Shown: positions 1 through 10,146, counted from the stretch's first letter. The stretch is DNA of 64,000 nucleotides from Candidatus Omnitrophota bacterium (GCA_003645805.1 QNCL01000001.1:1582-65581); one strand, 5' to 3'. Translations and numbers: made by a program. The notes: generated by a model from the letters alone, not told the origin.

Positions 1-522
1 ATCAACCGCACGCAGGCAGTATTTAATATAGATAAACTAACCTGGATCAATGCTCAGCATATTAAGCAGTTAGAAGATGAAAGATTAGCAAGGTTGTGCC
101 TTCCTTTTCTTCAAAGAGAAAATCTGGCTTCGGAAGAAGACTTTGATTATCTTAAGAAAGTAGTTGCTCTGCTTAAAGGAAGAATAAAATATCTTTCTCA
201 GATTACAGAACTCTCTGCTTATTTTTTTCTTCCTGCCCATATAGAATATACTGAGGAATCAAGAGCAAGAATAAATAAGATAGGGAAGGATTTGTGGAGA
301 GAGTTAATAGAGAAGTTGGAGGAAATAGATAACTTTAGTCCTGATGAGATAGAACGTGTGTGTCGGCAGATAATTGCTTCCCGAGGACTTAAAGGGGCTG
401 ATCTCATCCATCCTTTAAGATCTGCTTTAACTAATATGTCTGTTGGTCCGGGTTTATTTGAACTAATGTCGGTTCTGGGCAAGAAGAAGACCATAGATAG
501 ATTAAAATGTATCATAGCCTAA
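1..522 (+). CDS. gltX: glutamate--tRNA ligase, C-terminal part (5' truncated by window edge)
   Basis: Frame open from base 1: INRTQAVFNIDKLTWINAQHIK...; anticodon-binding domain motif HPLRSALT...GPGLFELMSVLGK. Confidence 0.92.
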   Translation: MNRTQAVFNIDKLTWINAQHIKQLEDERLARLCLPFLQRENLASEEDFDYLKKVVALLKGRIKYLSQITELSAYFFLPAHIEYTEESRARINKIGKDLWRELIEKLEEIDNFSPDEIERVCRQIIASRGLKGADLIHPLRSALTNMSVGPGLFELMSVLGKKKTIDRLKCIIA

Positions 523-1160
523 TGTGTTTTCTTGCCGGAGTAGTACTCTCTTGGGGAGGGTGTACAGGAAAGTGTTTCCCTTTTCTTTTTCCTTATATTA
601 TCTGCACAAAAAAAACTTCAAAGGAGGGAGTTAAAGTTTGGTTTTGGTTCTGGTGGGGAAAACTTTTTGCTTACCTTTTTCTTGGATTAGCCCTGGGTTT
701 AATTGGTGAAAAACTAATCTACGCCTCTTATCTTCGCCACACCTTTGTTCTGGGAGGGATAAGTATTGCCTTACTGGGAACTGCGCTCTTCTTTCGTAAA
801 CCAAACTTTTCTTGTAGATGTTCTATTTTTTCTTCCTATTTAGAGAGATTGTTGCTTAAAGGAGATAAAGGAGTGTTTATTGCCGGGTTTTTTCTTTCCC
901 TTTTTCCTTGTCTCCCTTTAATAGGCTTATTTTCTTATCTTGCTCTGGTAATAAGATACTGGTGGGAAGGACCGATTTATCTCTTCTTCTTTGCTCTGGG
1001 CAGTTTTTTCTCTCCGCTTTTTCTTCTATCTTTTTTTCTTCCTCATCTCTCCAAGCCTTTTTTAGCAAATCAGCGACTCTATCTAATATTTCAGCGGATA
1101 TGCGCTTTGATTATTTTTAGTTTAGGGATGAAGATAACCTTTGGAAGTATGGGCAGATGA
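507..1160 (+). CDS. DsbD_2 / TauE-SafE-like polytopic membrane protein with Cys motifs
   Basis: About 6 hydrophobic segments; N-terminal CxxxC (GCTGKCFP) and PC motif (LFPCLPL); GK.FAY.FLG pattern of DsbD_2-like proteins. Confidence 0.6.
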   Translation: MYHSLMCFLAGVVLSWGGCTGKCFPFLFPYIICTKKTSKEGVKVWFWFWWGKLFAYLFLGLALGLIGEKLIYASYLRHTFVLGGISIALLGTALFFRKPNFSCRCSIFSSYLERLLLKGDKGVFIAGFFLSLFPCLPLIGLFSYLALVIRYWWEGPIYLFFFALGSFFSPLFLLSFFLPHLSKPFLANQRLYLIFQRICALIIFSLGMKITFGSMGR

Positions 1161-1909
1161 GTCGTTTTTTTGTTTCTCCCCAAGACATTAAAGAAGGAGG
1201 AAAGGAGATAGTAATAAAGGGTAAGGAGAATCATCATTTATGCCGAGTAATGCGTTTAAGGAAAGGGGAGAGTGTGGTAGTATTTGATGGGACAGGGAAG
1301 GAGTATGAAGGAATTATTAAACAAATATCTCCCCAGAGCAGTGTAATAGAGGTTAAAAAGATTTGCCAGAGCACTGAAGAGGAAAGGACAAAGATAGCGT
1401 TAGCGCAAGCCATTCCCAAAAAGGCGAAGATGGCTGAAATCATAGATAAAACTACTCAATTAGGAGTTTCGGAGATCATTCCGATGATTACGGAAAGAAC
1501 AGTCTCCAGACCCAAAGATAGAAGTCTGGTATTAAAAAGATGGCAGAGGGTTGCTATTGAATCTTGTAAACAGTCAGGGAGGACCGAACTTCCTTATATT
1601 TATCAGATAATAGATTTTAAGGAAGCAGTCTCTCTTGCTGAACAATATGATATAGCCCTAATGCCTTGTTTGTTGGGCGAAAGAAGAAGTTTAAAGGAAC
1701 TATCTCTTGAAGGAGTAAGGAAGATTATTTTCTTTATTGGGCCTGAAGGAGGATTTACCCAAGATGAGATTGCCTTTGCCAAACAGAGGAAGGTAGTGCT
1801 TCTGGAAATGGGCAAAAGGGTATTAAGAACAGACACGGCAGCCATAGCGATGGTGGCTATACTCACCTATGCCACTTTAAGAAAGAGAGGTTTTGCAGAT
1901 ACCTATTAG
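1157..1909 (+). CDS. rsmE: 16S rRNA m3U1498 methyltransferase
   Basis: HHLCRVMRL, ESCKQSGR, IGPEGGF, RVLRTDTA motifs. Confidence 0.95.
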   Translation: MSRFFVSPQDIKEGGKEIVIKGKENHHLCRVMRLRKGESVVVFDGTGKEYEGIIKQISPQSSVIEVKKICQSTEEERTKIALAQAIPKKAKMAEIIDKTTQLGVSEIIPMITERTVSRPKDRSLVLKRWQRVAIESCKQSGRTELPYIYQIIDFKEAVSLAEQYDIALMPCLLGERRSLKELSLEGVRKIIFFIGPEGGFTQDEIAFAKQRKVVLLEMGKRVLRTDTAAIAMVAILTYATLRKRGFADTY

Positions 1910-1934
1910 CGATTCAGTGCGGATATTTTAACCA

Positions 1935-3218
1935 ATGACCATTACCTTTAAGACTCTTGGATGTAAAGTTAATCAATATGAAACCCAACTAATGCGTGAG
2001 CAATTCGCTTCCATAGGTTGGGAGGAAAAGAAGGAAGGGGGAGAGATTTATATAATAAATACCTGTTCGGTCACCTCTAATGCGGATAGAAAGTCAAGGC
2101 AGATGATAAATAGAGCCATTGCCCTAAAACCCAAACCATTGGTGGTAATTACCGGATGCGGAGTAAACAATAAGTTTAGTGGAGTTGAAAATATCCAGGG
2201 AGTAGACTTGAAGATAACCAATCAGCAGAAAGAGCACATCGTTCCTTTGCTAAAGAGTTTGCTGAAGCAAAGAGGGTTGGTTAAAGATTTAGTAGATCTT
2301 TCCTCCTCTCTTCCTTCAAGGATATCTTCTTCTGCCGGGCATAACCGTGTATTTATTAAGATTCAAGACGGTTGTGATAAACACTGTTCCTTCTGCATCA
2401 TTCCTTATCTGCGGGGGAGATCGCGTAGTCGGCAGTTAGAGGATGTCCTCAGAGAGATAGAGGAGGTGGTAGAGAAAGGAGCGAAGGAGATAGTGCTTTG
2501 TGGTGTGCAGTTAGGAAACTATGGAAGAGATATTGGAACAAGTTTGGCCAGACTGATAGAGAAAGTGGAGAGAATTAGGGGGCTGGAGAGATTTAGATTG
2601 AGTTCGTTAAATCCTGAGGAGATAGACGAGGAGATTATCTCTTTATTCAGAAACTCTGATAAATTGTGTTCCCATCTACATCTCTCTCTTCAAAGTGGAG
2701 ATAACAATTTATTAAGGATGATGAGACGAGCATATACCCAAGAAAGTTTCTTGTCTCTTCTGGAGAAGATAAGGAGGAAAGTGGATCCTTTATTCTCTTT
2801 CAGTACAGATGTAATGGTAGGCTTTCCTGGAGAAGGAGAAAAGGAGTTTTTAAACACCTTAAAGGTGATAAGAGAAGCAGAGTTTTTGCGCGTGCATATA
2901 TTCACTTATACTCCCCGCAAAGGCACTAAAGCAGCAGAGTTTTTGCATAAGGTCAATTTTCTGGAACTTAAAGAGAGAAGAAAAAGAGCGGAAAGGGTCG
3001 CGGAGGAGGTATCTTATCGCTATCGCCAGAGGTTCTTGAACAGAAAGGTGCAGGTGCTCACCGAGGGAAAGAGAGATAAGAGAGGTTATCTGAATGGCTA
3101 CACTCAACACTATATTCGCGTCTCTTTCTCGGGGGAAGATGTGTTGAAAAACAGAATAATTTCTGTTAAAATAAACAGGTTAGAGGGAGAAAAAACCTTG
3201 GGAGAGGTGGATGCGTAA
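1935..3218 (+). CDS. mtaB: tRNA t6A37 methylthiotransferase (radical SAM)
   Basis: TLGCKVNQYE, INTCSVT, KIQDGCDKHCSFC (CxxxCxxC); adjacent to rsmE. Confidence 0.93.
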   Translation: MTITFKTLGCKVNQYETQLMREQFASIGWEEKKEGGEIYIINTCSVTSNADRKSRQMINRAIALKPKPLVVITGCGVNNKFSGVENIQGVDLKITNQQKEHIVPLLKSLLKQRGLVKDLVDLSSSLPSRISSSAGHNRVFIKIQDGCDKHCSFCIIPYLRGRSRSRQLEDVLREIEEVVEKGAKEIVLCGVQLGNYGRDIGTSLARLIEKVERIRGLERFRLSSLNPEEIDEEIISLFRNSDKLCSHLHLSLQSGDNNLLRMMRRAYTQESFLSLLEKIRRKVDPLFSFSTDVMVGFPGEGEKEFLNTLKVIREAEFLRVHIFTYTPRKGTKAAEFLHKVNFLELKERRKRAERVAEEVSYRYRQRFLNRKVQVLTEGKRDKRGYLNGYTQHYIRVSFSGEDVLKNRIISVKINRLEGEKTLGEVDA

Positions 3219-4302
3219 ACGTGTTTTAATAATGTATATTACCCCTTACTCAGGTCATCACCAAGCCGCCCAAGCAATAGAGGCAGGGATAAAGAGAGTT
3301 CATCCTTCTGCAGAAATCCTGAACATAGACGCATTTAATTATACTAACCCTATATTAGAGAAGATAATCAGCAGGTCTTATATTCAGATAATCAAAAGAA
3401 AACCAGAGGTATGGGAATATCTGTATGACAACCCTGTGGTCTTTGAGAAAGTAAAGAAATGGCGTCAATTGGTGCACAGATTTAATTCTCCCAAACTGAG
3501 GCATTTATTAAATAATTTTAAGCCAGATACCATCATCTGCACCCAAGCCTTTCCTTGCGGAATGATTGCGGATTGTAAACCTAAAGACACAAAACTCATT
3601 GCTACTCTTACCGACTATATGCCTCATTCCTATTGGATAAATGAGAATGTAGACTTTTATGTAGTCTCTTCAGAGGAGAGTAAACAGAAATTGATGGAGG
3701 GAGGGGTGGAGGAGAGAAAAATAAAGGTTTTAGGTATTCCTGTCCATCCTAAGTTTCTGGAGGAGGTAAAAAAGGAGAAGGTATGTCAAGAACTAAATCT
3801 GGATTTTCATCTTCCTAATATTCTTATAATGGGAGGTGGACAAGGAATAGGACCCATAAAGACTATCATCTATCTGCTCGCCTATTTGGACCTTCCCTCC
3901 CAAATCTTAGCAGTTGCAGGAACAAATAGAAAATTGTGGAAGTGGTTAAAAAAGAAGGAAAGAGGTTATGGCAAGATAAGAGCGTTAGGGTATACAGATA
4001 ATATCCATGAACTGATGTCTATCTCTTGTTTACTAATTACAAAACCAGGAGGGATTACTACTTCAGAGGCAATGGTCAAAACTCTTCCTCTGATAATTGT
4101 TAGTCCCCTTCCTGGACAAGAGCGAAAGAACGCTCAGTTTCTTCTAAAAAGAGGGGTTGCTTTACAAGCCAGAAATAGTAAACAGGCAGCGGTGCTTGCC
4201 AAAAGACTACTTAGCAAAGCGAGGAGATTGGAGGAGATAAGAGAAAAGATGAGAGAGTTGAGAAAGCCTCGTGCTGCTCTTGAGATTGCCAACTTGATAT
4301 GA
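3211..4302 (+). CDS. MGDG synthase / UgtP-like diacylglycerol glycosyltransferase (GT28)
   Basis: SGHHQAA, TDY..H..W, GIPV, MGGGQG, ITKPGG.T.SEA, PGQE..NA motifs. Confidence 0.85.
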   Translation: MRKRVLIMYITPYSGHHQAAQAIEAGIKRVHPSAEILNIDAFNYTNPILEKIISRSYIQIIKRKPEVWEYLYDNPVVFEKVKKWRQLVHRFNSPKLRHLLNNFKPDTIICTQAFPCGMIADCKPKDTKLIATLTDYMPHSYWINENVDFYVVSSEESKQKLMEGGVEERKIKVLGIPVHPKFLEEVKKEKVCQELNLDFHLPNILIMGGGQGIGPIKTIIYLLAYLDLPSQILAVAGTNRKLWKWLKKKERGYGKIRALGYTDNIHELMSISCLLITKPGGITTSEAMVKTLPLIIVSPLPGQERKNAQFLLKRGVALQARNSKQAAVLAKRLLSKARRLEEIREKMRELRKPRAALEIANLI

Positions 4303-5153
4303 CTACCGACCCTCCTTTTCTCGTTTACAAAATTTGCCAGAAGATAGTTCTTCATCTGCCCTTGAAAGTTAGTTATAAGATAGCCGACATACTCTCTGAC
4401 TTCTATCGTCTTTTTCGTCCCCGGGACTATAAGATTGTCCAGGAGAATTTGAGGATCATCTTTCCGGAAAAAAGCGCGAAGGAGATTATTGGTTATACGC
4501 GCCAGACATTCAGAAGTTTCGGTAGATATCTGGTAGACTTTCTATACTTTCCTAAAATAGACAAAGAGTATATCAAGAGAAATATCCAGGTTGAAGGAAT
4601 AGAGAATTTTGACTTCGCTTTTTCTCAAAAGAAAGGAGTAATTGGTATTACCGCTCATCTGGGGAGTTGGGAGACAGGAGGGATAATAGTCAGTGTATTA
4701 GGTTATCCCGTGAGTGCAATCGCTTTGGAGCATTCAAATAAGCAGGTTCAGAGATTTTTTGTTTCCCAGAGAGAGAAAAAAGGATTAAGGGTAATTTTCC
4801 CCAAAGATGCTTCTCGAGAAGTGCTCAAGGTTTTGCGCAGGAATGAAATGGTGGTTTTTTTAAATGATAAAGATTACTTTGGTACAGGAGTAGAAGCAGA
4901 GATCTTTGGAAGGAAGGTGGTTTTGCCTCGTGGGCCGGCAGTATTTGCGCTCAAGATGAAAACACCTATTGTCCCCGGGTTTACAATCAGAGAAGGGAAT
5001 AAACTCAAGGTTATCATTGAGAAACCACTTTCTTTCTCCCTTACCGGAGAAGAGAAAGAGGATATAAGAAGGATTACTCAACAGATAAGCAAGGTAATAG
5101 AGAGGTATGTTCGTTCCTATCCCGGACAATGGTTTTACTTTGAGCGTTTATGA
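4299..5153 (+). CDS. LpxL/HtrB-family (lysophospholipid) acyltransferase
   Basis: TAHLGSWE catalytic motif, FG..V.LP.GPA, YPGQWF C-terminus. Confidence 0.85.
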   Translation: MTTDPPFLVYKICQKIVLHLPLKVSYKIADILSDFYRLFRPRDYKIVQENLRIIFPEKSAKEIIGYTRQTFRSFGRYLVDFLYFPKIDKEYIKRNIQVEGIENFDFAFSQKKGVIGITAHLGSWETGGIIVSVLGYPVSAIALEHSNKQVQRFFVSQREKKGLRVIFPKDASREVLKVLRRNEMVVFLNDKDYFGTGVEAEIFGRKVVLPRGPAVFALKMKTPIVPGFTIREGNKLKVIIEKPLSFSLTGEEKEDIRRITQQISKVIERYVRSYPGQWFYFERL

Positions 5154-5824
5154 ACATTCCTATCCTTATCCCTGTTTACAATGAACAATCCACTATTGGA
5201 GAATTGGTGCGGAGATGCATAGCATATGCGAACAAGGTTTATGTAGTAGATGATGGTTCAGAGGATAGAAGTGGAGAGATTGCTCGGCGAGAGGGAGCAA
5301 TAGTTATTCGCCATAGAAGAAACAAGGGAAAAGGTGCAGCCTTGCGTAAAGGTTTGGAGAAGATTTTATGCGAGCAGATAGAAGCAGTAATTATGATGGA
5401 TGGAGATGGCCAGCATGACCCTTCGGAGATTCCCAGGTTTATTCAGAAGTTCAAGGAAGAGGGAGCGGATATAGTCTTGGGCAATAGAACAAACAGGAGA
5501 GTTATGCCTCTTATACGGCGATTGACCAATAAATTTATGTCTCTTGCCATCTCCTGGATGACCGGGCAGAATCTTCCTGATACCCAGTGCGGGTTTCGTC
5601 TGGTCAGAGATAGGGTATTAAGAGATATAGACCTGAAAGCCTGCAATTTTGAGATAGAATCAGAGATGCTTATAAAAGGAGCCCAGAAAGGATATAAGAT
5701 TGTCTCTGTGCCCATTTCTACTATTTATCATCAACAAAGAAGTAAAATCAAGCCTTTTATTGATACATATAGATTTCTAAAACTAATAGCTTCCCATATA
5801 AGGAAAGAGATGTTTTTTGTTTAA
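5150..5824 (+). CDS. GT2 glycosyltransferase (DPM1-like)
   Basis: IPVYNE, VDDGSED, NKGKG, MDGDGQH, DTQCGFR motifs. Confidence 0.9.
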   Translation: MNIPILIPVYNEQSTIGELVRRCIAYANKVYVVDDGSEDRSGEIARREGAIVIRHRRNKGKGAALRKGLEKILCEQIEAVIMMDGDGQHDPSEIPRFIQKFKEEGADIVLGNRTNRRVMPLIRRLTNKFMSLAISWMTGQNLPDTQCGFRLVRDRVLRDIDLKACNFEIESEMLIKGAQKGYKIVSVPISTIYHQQRSKIKPFIDTYRFLKLIASHIRKEMFFV

Positions 5825-5840
5825 AATAGGCAAAGGCAAA

Positions 5841-6488
5841 ATGGAGGAGGTTGAGGATTGGAAGGAAAGATGTCAGAGGATGGTAGAAGAACAGTTGATC
5901 CCGCGAGGAATTATCAACAGACGGGTTATCTCTGCCTTCTTAAGAGTCCCTCGTCATCGCTTTGTTCCTTCTGAGTTTATTAACTCTGCCTACGCAGATT
6001 ATCCTCTTCCTATTGGGGAGGAGCAAACCATCTCTCAACCTTATATAGTGGCTTTAATGACCCAAGTGCTTGATTTAAGAGAAAGAGAGAAGGTTTTAGA
6101 AATAGGGACAGGTTCTGGTTATCAGGCGGCTATTTTAGCAGAGATGAACTGTTGTGTGTATTCTATAGAGAGATCAAGAGTGTTGGCAAAACGAGCAGAG
6201 GAGGTGCTCAAGCAATTGGGTTATACAGTAAAAATAAAGGTAGGAGATGGAACGCGCGGATGGAAAGAGTTTTCTCCTTTTTCCAAGATAGTGGTCACTG
6301 CTTCTGCTCCTTATGTTCCCCCTTCTTTATTAACTCAATTAGAGGAAGGAGGTTTGATGGTGATCCCGGTAGGGAATAAAGTAGTGCAGACCCTTACCTT
6401 GATTCGAAAAGAAAAGAACAGAGTAAAGACAGAAAGTTTGTGTGGATGCCGTTTTGTTCCCTTAATAGGGGAAGAGGGTTGGAAATAA
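5841..6488 (+). CDS. pcm: protein-L-isoaspartate O-methyltransferase
   Basis: VPRHRFV, QTISQPY, VLEIGTGSGYQAA, FVPL; ATG 5841 preferred over TTG 5817. Confidence 0.95.
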   Translation: MEEVEDWKERCQRMVEEQLIPRGIINRRVISAFLRVPRHRFVPSEFINSAYADYPLPIGEEQTISQPYIVALMTQVLDLREREKVLEIGTGSGYQAAILAEMNCCVYSIERSRVLAKRAEEVLKQLGYTVKIKVGDGTRGWKEFSPFSKIVVTASAPYVPPSLLTQLEEGGLMVIPVGNKVVQTLTLIRKEKNRVKTESLCGCRFVPLIGEEGWK

Positions 6489-6534
6489 ATTGGAGAAAAA
6501 AAGAAAAGGGAGTTGATTTTGGTGAGGAGGAAAA

Positions 6535-7725
6535 ATGCATCCTGCAACAGCAAACAGGTTAAAGCGACTTCCACCTTATTTGTTTACGGTGGTAGATGAA
6601 TTAAGAGAAAAGGCTATGGAGAGAGGAATAGATGTTATTGATCTGAGTATGGGCAGTCCTGATCAACCTCCTCCTCCTGAGGCAGTAGAGGAACTCTATC
6701 GGGCAGCCAAGCAAGAAGGGAATCAACGCTATTCTCGAGAAGATGGAAAGATAGAGAAGAAGTTAAAAGAGGTTATTGCCAGGTGGTATGCAGGGCGTTT
6801 TGGAGTAGAACTGGATCCGAAGACAGAAGTCTTGCCTCTTATAGGTTCTAAAGAAGGAATTGCTCATCTTTCTTTGACTTTTTTAAATAATGATGATATT
6901 GCTCTTGTTCCTTCTCCGGCTTACCCTGTGCATTTTAATGGAGCAATTATGGCGGGAGGGATTCTCTATAACCTTCCTCTTAGAGAGGAGAAGGGGTATA
7001 AGCCAGAGTTGAAAAAGTTGGATAAGAGTATCGTGCGAATGGCTAAACTTCTCTTTTTAAGTTATCCTCACAATCCTACTACTGCCGTAGTAGACATCAA
7101 TTTCTTTAAGGAAGTAGTAGATTGGGCAAAAGGGAAGGAAATAATCATAGGTAACGACTTGGCTTATTCAGATATTGTTTTTGATGGTTATAAAGCCCCT
7201 TCGCTTCTGCAGGTGAAAGGAGCAAAAGATTTTTGTGTAGAGTTTCATACTCTTTCCAAGTCTTATAATATGCCTGGATGGCGCATTGGTTTTTGTGTAG
7301 GCAATAGAGAGATTCTATCTGCTCTGAAGAAGACCAAGAGTTATATAGACTTTGGGCTATTTCGGGCTATTCAAGCCGCGGCAATAAAGGTTCTCTCAGG
7401 AGACCAGAGTTGTGTGAAAAGGACTGTAGAGATCTATAGAAAGAGAAGAGACTTATTTGTGAAAGGGTTAAAGGAAATGGGATGGGAAGTGGAAAAGCCC
7501 AAGGCTACTTTCTATATCTGGGCGCGCATCCCTTTAAAATACTCCGCTCTTACCTCTATGGAATTCACCCAACTCCTGATAGAGGAAGCAGGGATTGCTG
7601 TTGCTCCGGGGACAGGATTTGGTGAGTATGGAGAAGGATTTATTCGCTTTGCTTTGGTAGAGAATGAACAGAGATTAATAGTAGCGCTAGAGAGAATCAG
7701 GAAAATATTGGAGATAGAAGGATAG
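6535..7725 (+). CDS. class I/II PLP aminotransferase (LL-diaminopimelate aminotransferase / AlaC-like)
   Basis: LPPYLF, GSKEGIAH, YPHNPT, DLAY, SKSYNMPGWRIG (PLP Lys). Confidence 0.85.
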   Translation: MHPATANRLKRLPPYLFTVVDELREKAMERGIDVIDLSMGSPDQPPPPEAVEELYRAAKQEGNQRYSREDGKIEKKLKEVIARWYAGRFGVELDPKTEVLPLIGSKEGIAHLSLTFLNNDDIALVPSPAYPVHFNGAIMAGGILYNLPLREEKGYKPELKKLDKSIVRMAKLLFLSYPHNPTTAVVDINFFKEVVDWAKGKEIIIGNDLAYSDIVFDGYKAPSLLQVKGAKDFCVEFHTLSKSYNMPGWRIGFCVGNREILSALKKTKSYIDFGLFRAIQAAAIKVLSGDQSCVKRTVEIYRKRRDLFVKGLKEMGWEVEKPKATFYIWARIPLKYSALTSMEFTQLLIEEAGIAVAPGTGFGEYGEGFIRFALVENEQRLIVALERIRKILEIEG

Positions 7726-7786
7726 AAAGCATTGATCACAAATTTTGAAAAAGGTTTTTATATATGGGGAGGGAATTTATTCTACA

Positions 7787-8506
7787 ATGGCTTGCTTTAT
7801 AGGCACTTCAGGCTGGTATTATCCTCATTGGATAGAGCGATTTTATCCTCAGGAGATTCTCAAAAAAGACCTTCTTGCTTATTTCTCCTCGCATTTCTCT
7901 ACTGTAGAGTTAAACAATAGTTTTTACCATCTACCGCGTAAAGAGAATTTTGAAAACTGGTATAGGAAAACTCCCAGAGGCTTTGTTTTTAGCGTAAAAG
8001 CAAGTCGCACAATTACCCACTATAAGAGATTGGTAGATACAGAGGAATCCCTAAACCTGTTTTTAGAAAGGGTTCTTTATCTGAAAGAGAAGTTAGGACC
8101 CATCCTTTACCAATTACCTCCCTCCTTAGAGAAAGATATAGATCTGCTCAAACATTTTCTTTTTTCTCTTCCTACCCACCTACGGCAGACTATTGAATTT
8201 CGTCATTCCTCCTGGCTGGATGAAGAGGTCTTTACTCTTCTGCAGAGGTTCAACATTGCCTATTGCATTATCAGTATGGGAAACTTTCCTGTATGTTTGA
8301 GGGCAAGCGCAGATTTTGTGTATATAAGGATGCATGGAGCAGTGCGCACTATCTCCTACTCGGAAAGGGAATTAAAAGAATGGGCAGGGTATATAAAGAA
8401 GTTTTTAAAAGAAGGGAAGGATGTCTATGTATACTTCAATAATGACTATCAAGGTTATGCGGTAGAGAATGCAAAAACACTCAAAGAGTTATTAGAGGGA
8501 AGATGA
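7787..8506 (+). CDS. DUF72 (YecE-like) protein
   Basis: IGTSGW.Y, VELNNSFY, KASR.ITH, QLPPS, EFRH.SW, YIRMHG, YFNND. Confidence 0.9.
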   Translation: MACFIGTSGWYYPHWIERFYPQEILKKDLLAYFSSHFSTVELNNSFYHLPRKENFENWYRKTPRGFVFSVKASRTITHYKRLVDTEESLNLFLERVLYLKEKLGPILYQLPPSLEKDIDLLKHFLFSLPTHLRQTIEFRHSSWLDEEVFTLLQRFNIAYCIISMGNFPVCLRASADFVYIRMHGAVRTISYSERELKEWAGYIKKFLKEGKDVYVYFNNDYQGYAVENAKTLKELLEGR

Positions 8507-9573
8507 GTAGAGAAAGGAAAGTAAAAGAGATAATAGTTTACCTGTTGATGTTATCCTTCTTTCTAACATATAATCTCGCTTTTTATTCAAAAGCGAAAGA
8601 TAAAAAAACTGCTCCTCTATCCAGATCTTTCCAGGAAGAGGTATGGAGAGAAAGGTTCAATAAGAAAATGATAGAAGACGAGAGCGTGCGTCAGAAGGCT
8701 TTGATATTAAGTTCTTTATTCCTTCTATTTCTGCTATTAGGAAGCATCTCTTTGATAAACTTTTGTCGGCTGAATTTAGGCAGAAGGAAACCGATAGAGA
8801 GATTTGGCGAGAGGAAGACAGTGGGTTGGGAAGTAGGAGATGTGCTGAAGGTAATAGTGCTCGTTCTTTTCTCTGTTTCTCTAATTCGCCTACTATTCTT
8901 TTTTGTTTTTACCGTTCTTGCTCTCACTCTCTCTCCGAGTGTAAGAATGATACTGAGTTCTCTTATTATAGACACTTTGCTTATCTTTTTTGTGATTTAT
9001 TTTGTGCTCAAGAAATACAGACAGAATCTTACTTCCTTGGGAATAGAAGCAGGAAATCTTCTAAGGAAGATAAAACTGGGGATAAGTGCCTATATTACCA
9101 TTACTCCTGTTCTTTTCATTCTGCTTCTTATCTTAAACATCTGGATAGAGCGCTTTGACTATCATCCTCCTCTACATCCTCTGATGAGTTTAATCTTTAA
9201 GGAAGAAAGAGGAGTTGTTCTGCTTTTCCTCCTTCTTTTAGGCACAGTGATGGGACCAATTGCCGAGGAAATATTCTTTCGCGGATTTGCCTATCCAGCA
9301 ATTAAGAAAAGGGTGGGAGTGTATCCCTCTATATTCTTTACTTCTTTCTTCTTTGCTCTCCTGCATCAGAGTTTATTTGCCTTTCTCCCTGTCCTCTTTT
9401 TGGGAATAGTATTGGCGTATATCTATGAGAAAAGTAATTCTTTAATTCCTTGTATCACCCTGCATATCCTTCATAATTCTTTGATGATAGCAGGGGTGCT
9501 GTTTATTAAAGAGGTGAGTAATGAATATGCTTCTATTTGTTTTTCTTTTGGCCATCTTTGCTTCTCTTCATGA
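8503..9573 (+). CDS. CPBP (CAAX/Abi) family intramembrane metalloprotease
   Basis: Polytopic; EEIFFRG, FALLH, HILHN motifs. Confidence 0.88.
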   Translation: MSRERKVKEIIVYLLMLSFFLTYNLAFYSKAKDKKTAPLSRSFQEEVWRERFNKKMIEDESVRQKALILSSLFLLFLLLGSISLINFCRLNLGRRKPIERFGERKTVGWEVGDVLKVIVLVLFSVSLIRLLFFFVFTVLALTLSPSVRMILSSLIIDTLLIFFVIYFVLKKYRQNLTSLGIEAGNLLRKIKLGISAYITITPVLFILLLILNIWIERFDYHPPLHPLMSLIFKEERGVVLLFLLLLGTVMGPIAEEIFFRGFAYPAIKKRVGVYPSIFFTSFFFALLHQSLFAFLPVLFLGIVLAYIYEKSNSLIPCITLHILHNSLMIAGVLFIKEVSNEYASICFSFGHLCFSS

Positions 9574-10123
9574 GTATGCCCATGGCTGGGTAGCCTATAA
9601 GTTAGGAGATCCGACTGCTAAGTATGCGGGAAGGCTTACTTTAAACCCTCTGGCACATATAGACCCGATGATGAGTATCTTTCTCCCTCTAATTTTGCTC
9701 TGGATTACAAATGGAGCATTTGCTTTTGCTGCGGCTAAACCTGTGCCAGTGAACTTTAACAATCTGAGAAATCCCCGGCGAGATATGCTCTGGGTAGGTA
9801 TTGCTGGGCCTGGAAGCAATTTTCTTTCTGCCTTTGCTCTTTCTCTCCTGCTAAAGTTTTTCCCTCTGGGGCTACTTAAGCCTCTTCTGGAGATAGGAAT
9901 TTTTGTAAACATAATCTTGGCAGTATTTAATCTTATCCCCATTCCCCCTTTGGATGGCTCAAGGGTGGTTATGGGGCTTCTTCCGCGAGAGTATGCTTAC
10001 TCCTATGCCCGATTAGAACCTTATGGCTTCTTCATTCTGATAGGATTAATGTTTATGGGATTTTTGCGGGTAGTTTTTCCTGTAATAATAATCATCTCTC
10101 GCTGGTTGGGAGCAGGAATTTAG
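9521..10123 (+). CDS. site-2 protease family (M50) zinc metalloprotease
   Basis: HEYAH, AGPGSN, NLIPIPPLDG motifs. Confidence 0.92.
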   Translation: MNMLLFVFLLAIFASLHEYAHGWVAYKLGDPTAKYAGRLTLNPLAHIDPMMSIFLPLILLWITNGAFAFAAAKPVPVNFNNLRNPRRDMLWVGIAGPGSNFLSAFALSLLLKFFPLGLLKPLLEIGIFVNIILAVFNLIPIPPLDGSRVVMGLLPREYAYSYARLEPYGFFILIGLMFMGFLRVVFPVIIIISRWLGAGI

Positions 10124-10142
10124 AAAAGGAATTTAGAAAAGG
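10114..10142 (+). repeat. short tandem duplication AGGAATTTAGAAA x2 across the M50 stop codon
   Basis: 13-bp unit at 10114-10126 and 10127-10139, plus partial AGG. Confidence 0.6.
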
Positions 10143-10146
10143 TATA

